From positions 20,708 through 84,707 of the forward strand of contig CACKZH010000001.1 of assembly GCA_902604575.1 (NCBI GenBank): DNA of 64,000 nt, read 5' to 3'. Of this stretch, positions 42,058 to 54,065 are shown one piece after another (position 1 is the first letter of the stretch; each line of letters begins with the position of its first letter). The notes beneath the pieces are model-generated. The model ran no database searches, was not told the origin of the DNA, and worked only from the letters and a program-made list of their open reading frames with translations. Source of the DNA: an uncultured Pelagibacteraceae bacterium (lineage in GTDB: Bacteria; Pseudomonadota; Alphaproteobacteria; Pelagibacterales; Pelagibacteraceae). A program made the position numbers and the translations under genes.

Positions 42058-42241
42058 TTGCTTTTCCTTTTAAATTTGTTTTTAATTTTGCTATCGTTCT
42101 TCTAGTTTCCTTAATTTTAGCTGGGTTTGTTACTTGTGAATTCATTTTTTGAAATCTAAAATTAAAAAGATCTTTTTTAAGTTTATCAATATTCTTCACT
42201 ATTTCGTCCTTTGATAATTTTTTAATTTCTTGTTTCTTCAT
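42050..42241 (-). CDS. rpmC: 50S ribosomal protein L29
   Basis: LFNFRFQ and RRTIAKLKT motifs; synteny. Confidence 0.95.
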   Translation of the reverse strand: MKKQEIKKLSKDEIVKNIDKLKKDLFNFRFQKMNSQVTNPAKIKETRRTIAKLKTNLKGKANA

Positions 42242-42651
42242 TATGCAAATCTCTTAATAGTTTTGGTCTTAATTGGTAATTTTGCTGATGCTTTGTATAA
42301 AGCTTCTTTAGCAATTTGTTCGGATACTCCATCAACTTCAAACAGTATTCTTCCTGGTTTTACTCTACATGCAAAGTATTCTGGCGAACCTTTTCCTTTA
42401 CCCATTCTGACCTCGATTGGTTTTTTAGAAACTGGTATATTTGGAAATATTCTTGTCCAAACTCTTCCCTGTCTTTTCATATGTCTTGTTAAAGCAACTC
42501 TAGCTGCTTCTATCTGTTTTCCTGTAACTCTTTCCGGTTGTAAAGCTTTTAATGCGTAAGCACCATAATTGATAGTACTCGCTCTTGTAGCAGTACCATG
42601 AATTCTACCTTTATGGGCTTTTCTCCACTTTGTTCTTACTGGTTGAAGCAT
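42241..42651 (-). CDS. rplP: 50S ribosomal protein L16
   Basis: MLQP and RMGKGKG motifs. Confidence 0.98.
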   Translation of the reverse strand: MLQPVRTKWRKAHKGRIHGTATRASTINYGAYALKALQPERVTGKQIEAARVALTRHMKRQGRVWTRIFPNIPVSKKPIEVRMGKGKGSPEYFACRVKPGRILFEVDGVSEQIAKEALYKASAKLPIKTKTIKRFA

Positions 42652-43331
42652 TATTGTTTACCTTCCTTAGGAGTTACCTTGTTTGTCTCTTGACTAAATT
42701 CTCTAGCAAAAACCTCACCTTTGTAAATCCAAACTTTAATTCCAATAATTCCATAAGTTGTAAGAGCCTCAGCTTCTGCATAATCTATATCAGCTCTTAA
42801 CGTATGTGATGGAATACTCCCATCTCTTAACCACTCTGTTCTAGCGATTTCATTTCCACCAAGTCTTCCACTAACTGAAACTTTAATTCCTTTGGCTCCT
42901 AGTCTAATACATGATTGCATTGCTCTTTTCATCGCTCTTCTATAAGAAATTCTCTTCACAAGCTGCTGAGCTATGTTTTCAGCAACTAGGTAAGCATTAG
43001 TCTCTGGTTTTTTAACTTCTTTAATATTTAGATTAACTTCATTTGTTGTGAATTTTGAAAGATTATTTTTAATCTTATCTATATCACTCCCTTTTTTTCC
43101 AATAACAAATCCGGGTCTAGAAGTATAGATTGTAACATAACATTTATTAGATGTTCTTTCGATCATTACCTTAGATACGCCTGAGTTGATTACATTTTTT
43201 TTGATATATTCTCTAATTTTAAAATCTTCGATTAGATAATTTCCAAAATCTTTTTTCTTAGCATACCACACAGAGTCCCATCCTCTGTTGACACCTAATC
43301 TAAAACCTACAGGATTAACTTTTTGCCCCAT
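42651..43331 (-). CDS. rpsC: 30S ribosomal protein S3
   Basis: [13 protein letters not shown] and SGRLGG motifs. Confidence 0.98.
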   Translation of the reverse strand: MGQKVNPVGFRLGVNRGWDSVWYAKKKDFGNYLIEDFKIREYIKKNVINSGVSKVMIERTSNKCYVTIYTSRPGFVIGKKGSDIDKIKNNLSKFTTNEVNLNIKEVKKPETNAYLVAENIAQQLVKRISYRRAMKRAMQSCIRLGAKGIKVSVSGRLGGNEIARTEWLRDGSIPSHTLRADIDYAEAEALTTYGIIGIKVWIYKGEVFAREFSQETNKVTPKEGKQ

Positions 43332-43713
43332 GCTTCTCCATTTGTTTTGCTTCTGATAAAATTATTGTAACAGTTGACCAAGGTTTTAATATTGGTGCCG
43401 CTCTACCTTTGGCTCTTGGTCTAAATCTTTTCATAACTATTTTTTTTCCACAATATGCTTCTTTGACGATTAATTTATCAATATCGTATTGAAAATTATT
43501 TTCAGCATTGGCAACTGCTGAGCTTATTGTTTTTCTAACATCTCTAGTAACTCTTTTTTCTGAAAATTGTAAATCTCTAATAGCAACATCAACCTTTTTA
43601 CCAACGATACTTCTAAGTATTGGATTTAACTTTCTAACGCTTGATCTTATGCCGTTGTTAACAGATTTCACTGTTTTGTCGTTAGATTTGTCTATTTTCT
43701 TTTTCTTGCCCAT
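43315..43713 (-). CDS. rplV: 50S ribosomal protein L22
   Basis: SAVANAENN and RPRAKGRA motifs. Confidence 0.97.
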   Translation of the reverse strand: MGKKKKIDKSNDKTVKSVNNGIRSSVRKLNPILRSIVGKKVDVAIRDLQFSEKRVTRDVRKTISSAVANAENNFQYDIDKLIVKEAYCGKKIVMKRFRPRAKGRAAPILKPWSTVTIILSEAKQMEKHGAKS

Positions 43714-43715
43714 AT

Positions 43716-44012
43716 TTATTTCTTATCTGCTGTTGCTGGTTTAGCTTTTTTGTCAGCTGGTGTATGACCAAAGAACGTTCTTGTTGGTGCAAACTCACCT
43801 AATTTATGTCCAACCATATCTTCTGAAACAGTTATTGGTATAAATTTTTTTCCATTATAAATTTGGAAACTTACCCCTACAAAATCTGGTAAAATTGTAG
43901 ATTTTCTAGACCAAGTTTTAATAGGAATTTTCTTTGGATCGTCTTTATACTTGTCGACTTTCTTCATCAAGCTTTCTTCTACAAATGGTCCTTTCCAAAC
44001 TGCTCTAGCCAT
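43716..44012 (-). CDS. rpsS: 30S ribosomal protein S19
   Basis: WKGPFV and [11 protein letters not shown] motifs. Confidence 0.98.
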   Translation of the reverse strand: MARAVWKGPFVEESLMKKVDKYKDDPKKIPIKTWSRKSTILPDFVGVSFQIYNGKKFIPITVSEDMVGHKLGEFAPTRTFFGHTPADKKAKPATADKK

Positions 44013-44851
44013 TACTTGGTATCCTTCCTCTTATTTCTTCTCTTAACTATAAATTTATCAGTTCTCTTATTATCTCGAGTTTTTAAACCTTTAGCAGATT
44101 GTCCTGTAGGTGATACTGGATGTCTTCCTCCAGCAGATTTACCTTCACCACCTCCATGAGGGTGATCAACAGGGTTTTTAACGACTCCCCTTGTATGAGG
44201 TCTTCTACCCAACCATCTTGATCTACCAGCTTTTCCAATTTTAATATTTTTTTGATCTGGATTACTTAAAATTCCAATTGTAGCTAAAGCTCTTGAATCT
44301 ATTTTTCTAACTTCACCTGAAGCTAATTTTATTAAACTATAGTTACCATCTAAACCACTGATAGTTACCGATGAACCGGCTGCTCTAGCTATTTTTCCAC
44401 CACCACCTGGCTGTATCTCAACATTATGTATATTGATGCCTACTGGTATATCTTGTAATGGCATACAATTGCCTACTTTAATTTCTTTTTTAGAACCACT
44501 TTCAATTTTATCTCCAACTTTAATTTTTTGTGGTGCCAAGAAATATGAATGAGTACTGTCCTCAAATTTAACTAACATAATATAACATGATCTATTTGGG
44601 TCGTACTCTATTCTTTCAACAGTGGCCTCCATATCGAATTTTTTTCTATAAAAATCAACATGTCTGTACATTTTTTTATGTCCACCAGCTCTGTTAATAG
44701 AAGTAATATGACCGTTGTTATTTCTACCTTTCATAGCATTTTTAGGAGAAACTAATGACTTAAACGGTTTACCTTTCCATAAACCTGTTCTATCAACTAA
44801 AATTGTACCTCTAGTAGATTTTGTATACGGTTTGAAAGTTTTTAATGCCAT
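44012..44851 (-). CDS. rplB: 50S ribosomal protein L2
   Basis: EYDPNRS and [12 protein letters not shown] motifs. Confidence 0.98.
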   Translation of the reverse strand: MALKTFKPYTKSTRGTILVDRTGLWKGKPFKSLVSPKNAMKGRNNNGHITSINRAGGHKKMYRHVDFYRKKFDMEATVERIEYDPNRSCYIMLVKFEDSTHSYFLAPQKIKVGDKIESGSKKEIKVGNCMPLQDIPVGINIHNVEIQPGGGGKIARAAGSSVTISGLDGNYSLIKLASGEVRKIDSRALATIGILSNPDQKNIKIGKAGRSRWLGRRPHTRGVVKNPVDHPHGGGEGKSAGGRHPVSPTGQSAKGLKTRDNKRTDKFIVKRRNKRKDTK

Positions 44852-44854
44852 TTA

Positions 44855-45148
44855 CTAAATTCCTGTTGTTAGATCAATACTTTGACCCTTTTTTAAAGTT
44901 ATTATTGCTTTTTTATATCCAGATACTTTTACTTTTCTACCTCTGGTAACTTTTGTTCTGTTTTGTTTATTGATAATATTTATTTTTATCACATTAACTT
45001 TAAATATTTTTTCTATATTTTTTTTTATATTTTTCTTATTCGAACCATTCTGGACTTTAAAAACAATTTTATTAAGTTCAGATAAATTAGTAGATTTCTC
45101 AGTTACCACCGGTGAAATAATTTTGTCGTATAAGTGAATTTTTTCCAT
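44855..45148 (-). CDS. rplW: 50S ribosomal protein L23
   Basis: PVVTEKS and YKKAIITL motifs. Confidence 0.97.
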   Translation of the reverse strand: MEKIHLYDKIISPVVTEKSTNLSELNKIVFKVQNGSNKKNIKKNIEKIFKVNVIKINIINKQNRTKVTRGRKVKVSGYKKAIITLKKGQSIDLTTGI

Positions 45149-45149
45149 T

Positions 45150-45773
45150 TTATGAATATCTCTTTTCTAGTTCTTTTACAGAACTTTCTGTTAAAACTAC
45201 TTTTTTAAATTTAATGATATCGTAAGCACTGAAATGATTAATATCTGTGACCTTAACATTTGGAATATTTCTTACAGATTTTTCAATTTTTTCTTTTGAA
45301 CTTTTATCTAAAATTATAAGTGAATTAGTAATTTTAAGTTTATTAATAATTGAATTCATCTCTTTTGTTTTTTTAATTTCAGAACTAAAGTCATTTAAGA
45401 TTAATAAGTTTTTATTATTATTTTTTTCTGTAATTAAAGAAACTACACTTTGTTTTTTTTCAGTTTTATTCAATTTTCTTTTTTTATATGCTAATTCACC
45501 TTTTGGTCCATGAGCAATACCACCACCTACAAATATAGGGGCTTTTCTACTAGCATGCCTCGCTCCACCTGTTCCCTTTTGAGCATATATTTTTGATGTT
45601 GGGCCTCTTACTTCATTTTGTTGTTTAGTTTTTGCGTGTCTTCCTTTGTAATTAGCATTCGTTTTGTAAAGAACAGCACTTACCAACTTGTGGTTAATTT
45701 TTGCTGAAAAAATATTATCTAAAACTTCGATACTATCTTTTTTTCCATCTATACTAATTTTATCTAGTTTCAT
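45150..45773 (-). CDS. rplD: 50S ribosomal protein L4
   Basis: QKGTGGARH and GGGIAHGP motifs. Confidence 0.98.
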   Translation of the reverse strand: MKLDKISIDGKKDSIEVLDNIFSAKINHKLVSAVLYKTNANYKGRHAKTKQQNEVRGPTSKIYAQKGTGGARHASRKAPIFVGGGIAHGPKGELAYKKRKLNKTEKKQSVVSLITEKNNNKNLLILNDFSSEIKKTKEMNSIINKLKITNSLIILDKSSKEKIEKSVRNIPNVKVTDINHFSAYDIIKFKKVVLTESSVKELEKRYS

Positions 45774-46483
45774 TATTTTTTCTTCTTTTCAGGTGTTTTT
45801 TTTGCTTCTTCCGCAGCTGCATGTTTCTCACCAATAGTCATTTTACTGATGTTTTTGACTGATTTTTTAACAATAACCTCTGTATTTTTAGAACCAGGAA
45901 TTGACCCTTTTAAATAAAGAAGCTCGTTTTCTAAATCTGTTTTTATAATTTCAATATTTAGCATAGTTCTCAATTTATCTCCCATATGACCAGCCATCTT
46001 TTTTCCTTTAAAAACTTTTCCTGGATCTTGACTATGTCCTGTTGAACCATGTGCTCTGTGAGATATAGAAACACCATGACTGGCTCTTAAACCACCAAAA
46101 TTATGTCTCTTCATAGCACCTGCAAAACCTTTACCAATTGTTTTTGATCTTGTGTCTACAAATTTAATGTCTTTGAATATTTCTAAACCAAACTCGTTTC
46201 CTTCTTTGTAAACAGATGTGTCGTTTACTCTAAATTCTTTTAATTTTTTCTTAGCTTCAGTATTTTTTTTAGCAAAAACACCTTTCATAGCTTTTGTTAA
46301 TTTTGAATTTTTAACTTTCCCATATCCAAGCTGAACAGCCTTGTACCCTCTTTTTTCTTCTTCAATAACCTGAATAACTCTAGCTTTTTCGACCTTAAGT
46401 ACAGTCACAGGAACTAATTGACCAGATTTATAGAACTCTCTCGTCATGCCTATTTTCTTTCCTATTAAAGCTATCTCACTCAT
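45773..46483 (-). CDS. rplC: 50S ribosomal protein L3
   Basis: GKKIGMT, GKGFAGAMKR, KGKKMAGHMG motifs. Confidence 0.98.
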   Translation of the reverse strand: MSEIALIGKKIGMTREFYKSGQLVPVTVLKVEKARVIQVIEEEKRGYKAVQLGYGKVKNSKLTKAMKGVFAKKNTEAKKKLKEFRVNDTSVYKEGNEFGLEIFKDIKFVDTRSKTIGKGFAGAMKRHNFGGLRASHGVSISHRAHGSTGHSQDPGKVFKGKKMAGHMGDKLRTMLNIEIIKTDLENELLYLKGSIPGSKNTEVIVKKSVKNISKMTIGEKHAAAEEAKKTPEKKKK

Positions 46484-46485
46484 AA

Positions 46486-46794
46486 TTAAATTTTTATCTC
46501 CACATCTACTCCAGAAGCTAAATCAAGTTTCATTAATGCTTCTACAGTTTGTGGTGTTGGTTCAATAATATCTATTAATCTTTTATGAGTTCTTGACTCA
46601 AATTGCTCTCTACTTTTCTTGTCAATATGAGGTGATCTTAAAACTGTATATCTTTCAATTCTAGTGGGTAATGGTATTGGTCCCTTAATTGTTGCTCCAG
46701 TTCTTTTTACTGTATTTACAATCTCTTCTGTAGAAGCATCTAGAACTTTATTGTCATATGCTCTTAATTTAATTCTAATATTCTGTTTTTCCAT
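46486..46794 (-). CDS. rpsJ: 30S ribosomal protein S10
   Basis: GPIPLPT and SREQFE motifs. Confidence 0.98.
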   Translation of the reverse strand: MEKQNIRIKLRAYDNKVLDASTEEIVNTVKRTGATIKGPIPLPTRIERYTVLRSPHIDKKSREQFESRTHKRLIDIIEPTPQTVEALMKLDLASGVDVEIKI

Positions 46795-46796
46795 GA

Positions 46797-48875
46797 TTAA
46801 CCTGCAATCTTCTTAGTAACTTCGTCTTGAACATTTTGTGGTACTTTTGAATAATGATCAAAAAACATTGAATATTGTGCTCTACCTTGAGACATTGATC
46901 TTAAATTATTTATATAACCAAACATGTTAGCCAAAGGAACCATTGCTGTTATTACGGTTGCGTTACCTCTTTGCTCTTGAGTGCTAATTTGGCCCCTTCT
47001 ACTATTTAAATCACCTATAACATCACCCATGTAGTCCTCAGGAGTTACTACTTCAACTCTCATTACTGGCTCTAATAATTTTAGCCCACCTTTTGTACAT
47101 GCTTCTTTAAAGCAAGCTCTGCTTGCTAATTCAAATGCTAGTACACTTGAGTCAACATCGTGATGCAATCCATCTAAGATAGTTACTTTGTAATCAATCA
47201 TTGGAAATCCAGCTAAAATTCCAGTATCTGAAACAGTTTCTATTCCTTTTTCAACACCAGGGATAAATTCTTTTGGAATTGCACCACCTTTAATTTTGCT
47301 CTCAACATCTCTACCTTTACCAGGTTCTTGAGGCTCTACTAAAAGTTTAACTTTTGCAAATTGACCAGCGCCACCACTTTGTTTTTTGTGAGTGTATTCA
47401 ACCTCTGAAGCAGCTTCTATAGTTTCTCTATAAGCAACTTGTGGAGCTCCAACATTGGCTTCTACTTTAAATTCTCTTTTCATTCTATCAACAATAATAT
47501 CCAAGTGTAGTTCACCCATTCCCTTAATAATTGTTTGTCCTGACTCTTCGTCTGAAGTAACTCTAAAAGAAGGGTCTTCCTTAGCTAACCTGCCTAATGC
47601 TTCACCCATTTTTTCTTGGTCCGCTTTTGTTTTTGGTTCTACTGCAATTTCAATTACTGGATCAGGGAACTCCATTGGTTCAAGAAGGACAGAATTTTCT
47701 TTGTCACATAAAGTATGTCCTGTAATAGTATTTTTTAATCCTGCTAAAGCAACTATATCACCTGCATTAGCTTCTTTAATATCTTCTCGAGAGTTTGCAT
47801 GCATTAAAAGCATTCTTCCAACTCTTTCTTCTTTTTCTTTAGAAGAATTGAAGACTGCTGTACCAGTTTTAATTGTACCAGAATATATTCTAATAAAAGT
47901 TAGTGAGCCAACAAATGGATCGTTAGCCACTTTAAAAGCTAAAGCAGAAAATGGAACACTATCTTCAAATTTCATTTCCATTTCATCTTCACTACCTAAT
48001 TTAGTTCCTTTGATAGATCCAATATCTACGGGACTTGGCAAGTAGTTCACAACTGCATCTAGTAAAGGCTGAACACCTTTGTTTTTGAATGCTGAACCTG
48101 TCAAAACTGGAACAAAATTAAAATTTAGAGTTCCTTTTCTTATGCATTTGACTAAATCTTCCTCTTTAATTTCATCGCCATTTAAATAAGCTTCCATTAG
48201 CTTTTCATCTTGTTCAACAGCTGTTTCAACTAATTCTGTTCTATATTTTTCTGAAATTTCTTTTAAATCTTCTGGAATTTCTTTGTATTCCCATTCAGCT
48301 CCTAGTGCCTCATTTTTCCAAACTTGAGCTTTCATTTTAACGAGATCAACTACACCAGATAAAGAGGCTTCAGCTCCTATAGGGACTTGCACAACCAAAG
48401 GTTTGGCACCTAATCTATCTCTAATCATGTCTACACATCTAAAGAAATCAGCACCTGTTCTGTCTAATTTGTTTACAAAACAAATTCTTGGTACTTTATA
48501 CTTGTCGGCTTGTCTCCATACAGTTTCGGATTGTGGTTCTACACCTGCAACACCATCAAAAACAGCAACAGCACCGTCTAAAACTTTTAAAGACCTTTCT
48601 ACTTCAATAGTAAAATCAACGTGACCTGGAGTGTCTATAATATTAATTCTATGATCATTCCAAAAACAAGTAGTAGCTGCAGATGTAATTGTAATTCCTC
48701 TTTCTTGTTCTTGCTCCATCCAATCCATTGTTGCAGCACCATCATGTACCTCACCAATTTTATGGCTTTTACCTGTGTAGTATAGGACTCTTTCGGTAGT
48801 AGTTGTTTTACCAGCGTCTATATGGGCCATGATCCCGATGTTTCTATATTTATCTAATGAATGAGTTCTAGCCAT
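46797..48875 (-). CDS. fusA: elongation factor G
   Basis: [29 protein letters not shown] motifs. Confidence 0.99.
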   Translation of the reverse strand: MARTHSLDKYRNIGIMAHIDAGKTTTTERVLYYTGKSHKIGEVHDGAATMDWMEQEQERGITITSAATTCFWNDHRINIIDTPGHVDFTIEVERSLKVLDGAVAVFDGVAGVEPQSETVWRQADKYKVPRICFVNKLDRTGADFFRCVDMIRDRLGAKPLVVQVPIGAEASLSGVVDLVKMKAQVWKNEALGAEWEYKEIPEDLKEISEKYRTELVETAVEQDEKLMEAYLNGDEIKEEDLVKCIRKGTLNFNFVPVLTGSAFKNKGVQPLLDAVVNYLPSPVDIGSIKGTKLGSEDEMEMKFEDSVPFSALAFKVANDPFVGSLTFIRIYSGTIKTGTAVFNSSKEKEERVGRMLLMHANSREDIKEANAGDIVALAGLKNTITGHTLCDKENSVLLEPMEFPDPVIEIAVEPKTKADQEKMGEALGRLAKEDPSFRVTSDEESGQTIIKGMGELHLDIIVDRMKREFKVEANVGAPQVAYRETIEAASEVEYTHKKQSGGAGQFAKVKLLVEPQEPGKGRDVESKIKGGAIPKEFIPGVEKGIETVSDTGILAGFPMIDYKVTILDGLHHDVDSSVLAFELASRACFKEACTKGGLKLLEPVMRVEVVTPEDYMGDVIGDLNSRRGQISTQEQRGNATVITAMVPLANMFGYINNLRSMSQGRAQYSMFFDHYSKVPQNVQDEVTKKIAG

Positions 48876-48881
48876 ATCTTG

Positions 48882-49352
48882 TTACCACCTAAAATGAGCA
48901 AATGCCTTATTAGACTCTGCCATTTTATGTACATCCTCTCTTTTTTTAACAGCAGCACCCTTTTTTTCATAAGCATCATAAAGCTCATTAAAAATTTTAT
49001 CTGCCATATGTTTATCTTTTCTTTTTCTTGCTGACTCAACTAACCATCTGATAGCTAAAGCTTGTGCTCTTTTACTTTTTACCTCAACAGGAACTTGATA
49101 AGTTGCACCACCAACTCTTCTAGATCTAACTTCTACAGTTGGTTTGATATTGTTAATTGCTTCATTGAAAATATTAATCGGTTCATCTTTTGTTTTTGTT
49201 TTAATTTTATCGATAGCATCATAAACTATTTTAGCAGCAATACCTCTTTTACCATCATACATGATGTTGTTGATTAATTTTGGAATAATAGTTGATTTGA
49301 ATTTTGGATCAGGAACTACATTTTTTTTTGGCTGAGTTTTTTTTCTAGACAT
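48882..49352 (-). CDS. rpsG: 30S ribosomal protein S7
   Basis: RRVGGATYQVP and NKAFAHFRW motifs. Confidence 0.99.
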   Translation of the reverse strand: MSRKKTQPKKNVVPDPKFKSTIIPKLINNIMYDGKRGIAAKIVYDAIDKIKTKTKDEPINIFNEAINNIKPTVEVRSRRVGGATYQVPVEVKSKRAQALAIRWLVESARKRKDKHMADKIFNELYDAYEKKGAAVKKREDVHKMAESNKAFAHFRW

Positions 49353-49723
49353 TATTTACCTTTTTTTGTTCCGTATAAAGATCTTCTTTTTTTTCTGTTT
49401 GCAACACCTTGAGTATCTAGATTACCTCTTAAAATATGATAACGGACACCTGGTAAATCTTTTACCCTACCACCTCTAATCAGTACTACCGAGTGTTCTT
49501 GAAGGTTATGACCTTCACCAGGAATATAAGCTGTAACTTCAAATCCATTTGATAATCTTACTCTAGCAACTTTTCTTAATGCTGAGTTTGGTTTCTTAGG
49601 AGTTGTTGTATAAACTTTAACACAAACACCTCTCTTTAAAGGTTGTTTTTGTAGAGCAGGAACTTTGTTCCTTGCAGCTGGTTTAACTCTTTTTTTTCTT
49701 AACAACTGATTAATAGTTGGCAT
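49352..49723 (-). CDS. rpsL: 30S ribosomal protein S12
   Basis: [10 protein letters not shown] and [11 protein letters not shown] motifs. Confidence 0.99.
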   Translation of the reverse strand: MPTINQLLRKKRVKPAARNKVPALQKQPLKRGVCVKVYTTTPKKPNSALRKVARVRLSNGFEVTAYIPGEGHNLQEHSVVLIRGGRVKDLPGVRYHILRGNLDTQGVANRKKRRSLYGTKKGK

Positions 49724-49754
49724 AAATTTTTTTTAAAATTAATTAATTTATTTT

Positions 49755-49835
49755 TAGATGAAAATAACTGACAGGTTATTTTGTGGCAGCGTTTAGTACT
49801 GTTAGAAGCACTACATTCCAACCAAAAACATCGCC
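49755..49835 (-). ncRNA. structured rpsL 5' leader (cis-regulatory RNA)
   Basis: Minus-strand hairpins TAGTGCT-tctaac-AGTACTA and AAAATAAC-ctgtca-GTTATTTT in the longest non-tRNA gap of the cluster. A structured rpsL leader motif has been reported in Pelagibacter. Boundaries approximate. Confidence 0.6.
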
Positions 49836-49863
49836 AAATTACTTATTAATAGCACTTTGTCAA
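49836..49863 (-). promoter_or_regulatory. putative str-operon promoter
   Basis: TTGACA (49863-49858), N16, TAATTT. Confidence 0.55.
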
Positions 49864-49892
49864 ACTAAAACTGCAATTTTTAGGCGATTTTT

Positions 49893-52800
49893 TTACTGAT
49901 TTGCTTGAGTTTCTTCAGGTTCTGACGCTTCAATTTTTTCTTGTTCAGACAAAAAATTATTATCGTCCTCTAGAGCCTTATTGTTCCATCTATTTTTGAT
50001 ATTACCTGTGCCAGCAGGAACTAATCTACCAACTATAACATTCTCTTTTAAACCATTTAGTGGATCAATTTTACCTTTGATAGCTGCATCTGTTAGAACT
50101 CTTGTTGTTTCTTGGAAAGAAGCAGCAGAAATAAATGACTCTGTTTGTAATGAAGCTTTTGTAATACCCATTAAAACTCTTTCACCAACTGCTGGTGTTT
50201 TCCCGTCAGCAACTAGTTTCTCATTAACATTATCAAATTTGATTCTATCGATAACTTCACCAGGTAAATAACTAGAATCACCGCTTGATTTAACTTCTAC
50301 TTTTTTAAGCATTTGTCTTAAAATAGTTTCTATGTGTTTGTCATTAATTATTACACCTTGCAATCTATAAACTTCTTGAACTTGGTTTACAAAATACTCT
50401 GTTAATTCTTTTATTCCTAAAATTCTCAAAATATCATGTGGTAAAGGTTGGCCATCTAAAAGATACTCTCCTTTTTGAATTTTTTCACCTGGATTAAAAT
50501 TGATATGTTTGCCTTTTGGTATCAAGTAATTTGAAGGTTCAGATCCATCTTCAGGAACAATAGATACTCTTTGTTTACCTCTAACTTCTTTTCCAAAAAC
50601 TACACTTCCATCATTTTCAGCAATGATTGCACTATCCTTAGCTTTTCTAGCTTCAAATAACTCAGCAACTCTTGGGAGACCTCCGGTAATATCTTTTGTT
50701 TTTGTAGTTTCCTTAGGTAATCTTGCAATTACGTCTCCAGCGTAAACTTTTTGACCATCTTTAATTGATAAAATTGAATCTGGTACTAAATAATATCTAG
50801 CTTCATTATCATCAGCTTTTTTAATTACATTTCCTTTTTCATCTCTAAGAGTAATTCTAGGTTTTAAATCAGTACTTTTTGATTGGCCTCTCCAATCAAT
50901 TACTGATTTAGAAGAAATTCCTGTTGCATCGTCGGTAGTTTCTTGAATTGATAAACCATCTATCAAATCTACATAACTAGCAGTACCACTTTTCTCTGCA
51001 ATAACTGGTGTTGTGTAAGGATCCCATTCACATATTTTAGTATTAGCTTTGACTTTATCCCCGTTGTTGAAAAATAATCTTGAACCATAAGCAACTTTAT
51101 AAACTGCTATCTGAACACCTTTGTCATCCTCTATAGAAAGTTGAGTGTTTCTTCCCATAACAATCAAATTCTTTTTAGAGTCCTCTAAAATATTTGAGTT
51201 TATAATTTTTAAAGTTCCATCACTTTTAGTCACTATTTGAGAATCTTGTTTAACAGAAGCTGTTCCTCCAACGTGGAATGTTCTCATTGTTAGCTGTGTC
51301 CCTGGTTCTCCAATTGATTGAGCAGATATCATTCCAATAGCTTCTCCAACATGAACCATCTTACCTCTTGATAAATCTCGTCCATAGCAAGTAGCACAAA
51401 CTCCTTCTTTGGAGCTACATGTCATTACTGAATAAACTTTAATTGATTTAACTCCTGCAGCATCAATTTTATCGCACCCTGCCTCATCAATCATTTCAGA
51501 TTTTTTAATAATTACTTCACCTGATAAAGGATTTTTAACATCAGCAGCTGTTACTCTTCCTAACGCTCTTTCAGATAAACTAACAACTACATTACCACCC
51601 TCTAAAATTTCAGAAAGTTCAATAAATCCAGGATCATCACAATTAATTTTAGTTATTGTTAAATCTTGCGCAACATCACATAGTCTTCTTGTTAAATATC
51701 CAGAACTAGCTGTTTTAAGTGCTGTATCTGCTAACCCTTTTCTAGCTCCGTGAGTTGAATTAAAGTACTCTAAAGCAGTTAATCCTTCTTTAAAGTTTGA
51801 AATAATTGGACTTTCGATAATTTCCCCTGACGGTTTAGCAATCAAACCTCTCATACCTGCTAATTGTTTCATTTGAGCAGCAGATCCTCTAGCTCCACTG
51901 TCTGCCATCATAAATACAGAATTTATTTTCAATCCTTCATCAGTTTTTTCTGTAGCTGAAATTCCTTTCATCATTTCTCCGGCAACTTTATCTGTACACT
52001 TAGACCAAGCATCAACAACTTTGTTGTATTTTTCACCTCTTGTAATTAAACCTTCTGCATATTGAGTTTCATAATCTGCAATTAATTTCTTAGTATCATC
52101 AATTAATTGAGTTTTATTTTCAGGGATTACAAGATCGTCTTTTCCAAACGATATTCCTGCCTTAAATGCGTGTTTAAATCCTAAATCTTTAAGCTTGTCA
52201 CAGAAAATTACAGTTGTCTTTTGACCACAAAATCTAAATACAACATCAATTATTTCTGAAACTACTTTTTTAGGTAATAATCTATCTACTAAAGAGAACT
52301 TAATGTTGCTATTTTTCGGTAATAAATTTGCTAATAAAAATCTTCCAGCTGTTGAAGTATATTTTTCTATTTTCTTGTTCCCTTGCTCATCTACAGTCTC
52401 ATATCTTGAAATGATAGTGCTATGTACATTTATTTGACCAGACGATAATGCAAATTCAATTTGATCTGAATTTGTAAAGTATCCAGCAGGTTTATCAGAT
52501 ATAGGTTCTTGTGAAAGATAGTAAATTCCTAAAATCATATCCTGACTTGGAACGATAATTGGTTTACCATTTGATGGAGAAAGAATATTATTTGTAGATA
52601 ACATTAATATCCTTGCTTCTAATTGAGCTTCTAAACTTAACGGCACGTGAACTGCCATTTGGTCACCATCAAAGTCAGCGTTAAATGCTGCACAAGTTAA
52701 AGGGTGTAATTCAATTGCATCTCCTTCAATTAATTTTGGCTCAAATGCTTGAACTCCGAGCCTATGAAGTGTTGGTGCTCTATTTAAAAGTACCGGATGC

Positions 52801-54065
52801 TCTCTAACTATCAATTCTAAAGCGTCCCAAACTGCATTTGTTTCTTTTTCAACTAATTTCTTAGCTTGTTTAATTGTTGAAGCTAAGCCTAATTTATTTA
52901 ATCTTGCATATAAAAATGGTTTAAATAACTCAAGAGCCATTTTTTTTGGTAAACCACATTCATGTAGTTTTAAATCAGGACCGACAACAATTACTGATCT
53001 TCCTGAATAATCTACCCTTTTACCCAATAAATTTTGTCTAAATCTTCCTTGTTTACCTTTTAACATTTCAGCAAGAGATTTAAGTGGTCGCTTACCAGTT
53101 CCTGTTATCACCCTACCTCTTCTACCGTTATCAAATAGAGCGTCCACAGACTCCTGAAGCATTCTTTTTTCATTTCTTACAATGATATCTGGAGCTTTAA
53201 GATCCATTAATCTTTTTAATCTATTATTTCTGTTAATTACTCTTCTGTATAAATCGTTAAGATCTGAAGTAGCAAATCTTCCACCATCAAGAGGAACTAA
53301 TGGTCTTAATTCTGGTGGTATAACTGGTACAACAGTCATAATCATCCACTCAGGTTTTTGACCTGTTTCAATAAATGACTCTATTAATTTTAATCTTTTA
53401 ATTGCTCTTTCCTCATTAACTTTTGATTTGGTTTCTTTAATAAAGCTAACAAGATTTTTTCTTTCTAATTCTAAATCTAAATTTTTCAGCATCTCAAGAA
53501 CAGCTTCTGCTCCTATACCCGCTGTAAAACTTTCTTCACCAAACTCATCCTGGTATTTTGCTAATTCTTCCTCATTTAAGAGTTGATTTTTTTGTAAACC
53601 AGTTAAACCAGGTTCAATTACTATAAAGTTTTCAAAATAAAGAACTCTCTCTATTTCTTTTAATTTCATGTCTACTGTCAAAGCAATTCTGCTTGGAAGA
53701 GACTTTAAGAACCAAATATGTGCTACTGGTGTAGCAAGATTAATGTGGCCCATTCTTTCTCTTCTTACATTTGATTTTGTAACCTCAACACCACATTTCT
53801 CACAGATAATCCCTCTAAATTTCATTCGTTTATACTTACCGCATAAACACTCATAATCTTTTATTGGTCCAAAAATCCTTGCACAGAACAAACCATCTTT
53901 TTCAGGTCTAAACGTTCTATAATTGATTGTTTCAGGCTTTTTAATTTCACCAAATGTCCAAGATTTAATCTTCTCTGGGCTAGCAAGGGAAATTTTAATG
54001 CTATTAAAATTTTGAGCTTCTGAAATTTCGCTGCCCTTAAATAGATCTGTTAATTCTTTTTTCAT
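49893..54065 (-). CDS. rpoC: RNA polymerase beta' subunit
   Basis: NADFDGDQM catalytic motif, zinc finger, [13 protein letters not shown]. Confidence 0.99.
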   Translation of the reverse strand: MKKELTDLFKGSEISEAQNFNSIKISLASPEKIKSWTFGEIKKPETINYRTFRPEKDGLFCARIFGPIKDYECLCGKYKRMKFRGIICEKCGVEVTKSNVRRERMGHINLATPVAHIWFLKSLPSRIALTVDMKLKEIERVLYFENFIVIEPGLTGLQKNQLLNEEELAKYQDEFGEESFTAGIGAEAVLEMLKNLDLELERKNLVSFIKETKSKVNEERAIKRLKLIESFIETGQKPEWMIMTVVPVIPPELRPLVPLDGGRFATSDLNDLYRRVINRNNRLKRLMDLKAPDIIVRNEKRMLQESVDALFDNGRRGRVITGTGKRPLKSLAEMLKGKQGRFRQNLLGKRVDYSGRSVIVVGPDLKLHECGLPKKMALELFKPFLYARLNKLGLASTIKQAKKLVEKETNAVWDALELIVREHPVLLNRAPTLHRLGVQAFEPKLIEGDAIELHPLTCAAFNADFDGDQMAVHVPLSLEAQLEARILMLSTNNILSPSNGKPIIVPSQDMILGIYYLSQEPISDKPAGYFTNSDQIEFALSSGQINVHSTIISRYETVDEQGNKKIEKYTSTAGRFLLANLLPKNSNIKFSLVDRLLPKKVVSEIIDVVFRFCGQKTTVIFCDKLKDLGFKHAFKAGISFGKDDLVIPENKTQLIDDTKKLIADYETQYAEGLITRGEKYNKVVDAWSKCTDKVAGEMMKGISATEKTDEGLKINSVFMMADSGARGSAAQMKQLAGMRGLIAKPSGEIIESPIISNFKEGLTALEYFNSTHGARKGLADTALKTASSGYLTRRLCDVAQDLTITKINCDDPGFIELSEILEGGNVVVSLSERALGRVTAADVKNPLSGEVIIKKSEMIDEAGCDKIDAAGVKSIKVYSVMTCSSKEGVCATCYGRDLSRGKMVHVGEAIGMISAQSIGEPGTQLTMRTFHVGGTASVKQDSQIVTKSDGTLKIINSNILEDSKKNLIVMGRNTQLSIEDDKGVQIAVYKVAYGSRLFFNNGDKVKANTKICEWDPYTTPVIAEKSGTASYVDLIDGLSIQETTDDATGISSKSVIDWRGQSKSTDLKPRITLRDEKGNVIKKADDNEARYYLVPDSILSIKDGQKVYAGDVIARLPKETTKTKDITGGLPRVAELFEARKAKDSAIIAENDGSVVFGKEVRGKQRVSIVPEDGSEPSNYLIPKGKHINFNPGEKIQKGEYLLDGQPLPHDILRILGIKELTEYFVNQVQEVYRLQGVIINDKHIETILRQMLKKVEVKSSGDSSYLPGEVIDRIKFDNVNEKLVADGKTPAVGERVLMGITKASLQTESFISAASFQETTRVLTDAAIKGKIDPLNGLKENVIVGRLVPAGTGNIKNRWNNKALEDDNNFLSEQEKIEASEPEETQANQ

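Noticed and set aside
47455-48045. 196-aa antisense ORF within fusA (and similar ones in rpoB, rpoC, rplL, rplP, gatB)
   Set aside because: Antisense open frames are common in highly expressed genes; Ser/Ile/Phe-rich with no recognisable domain.
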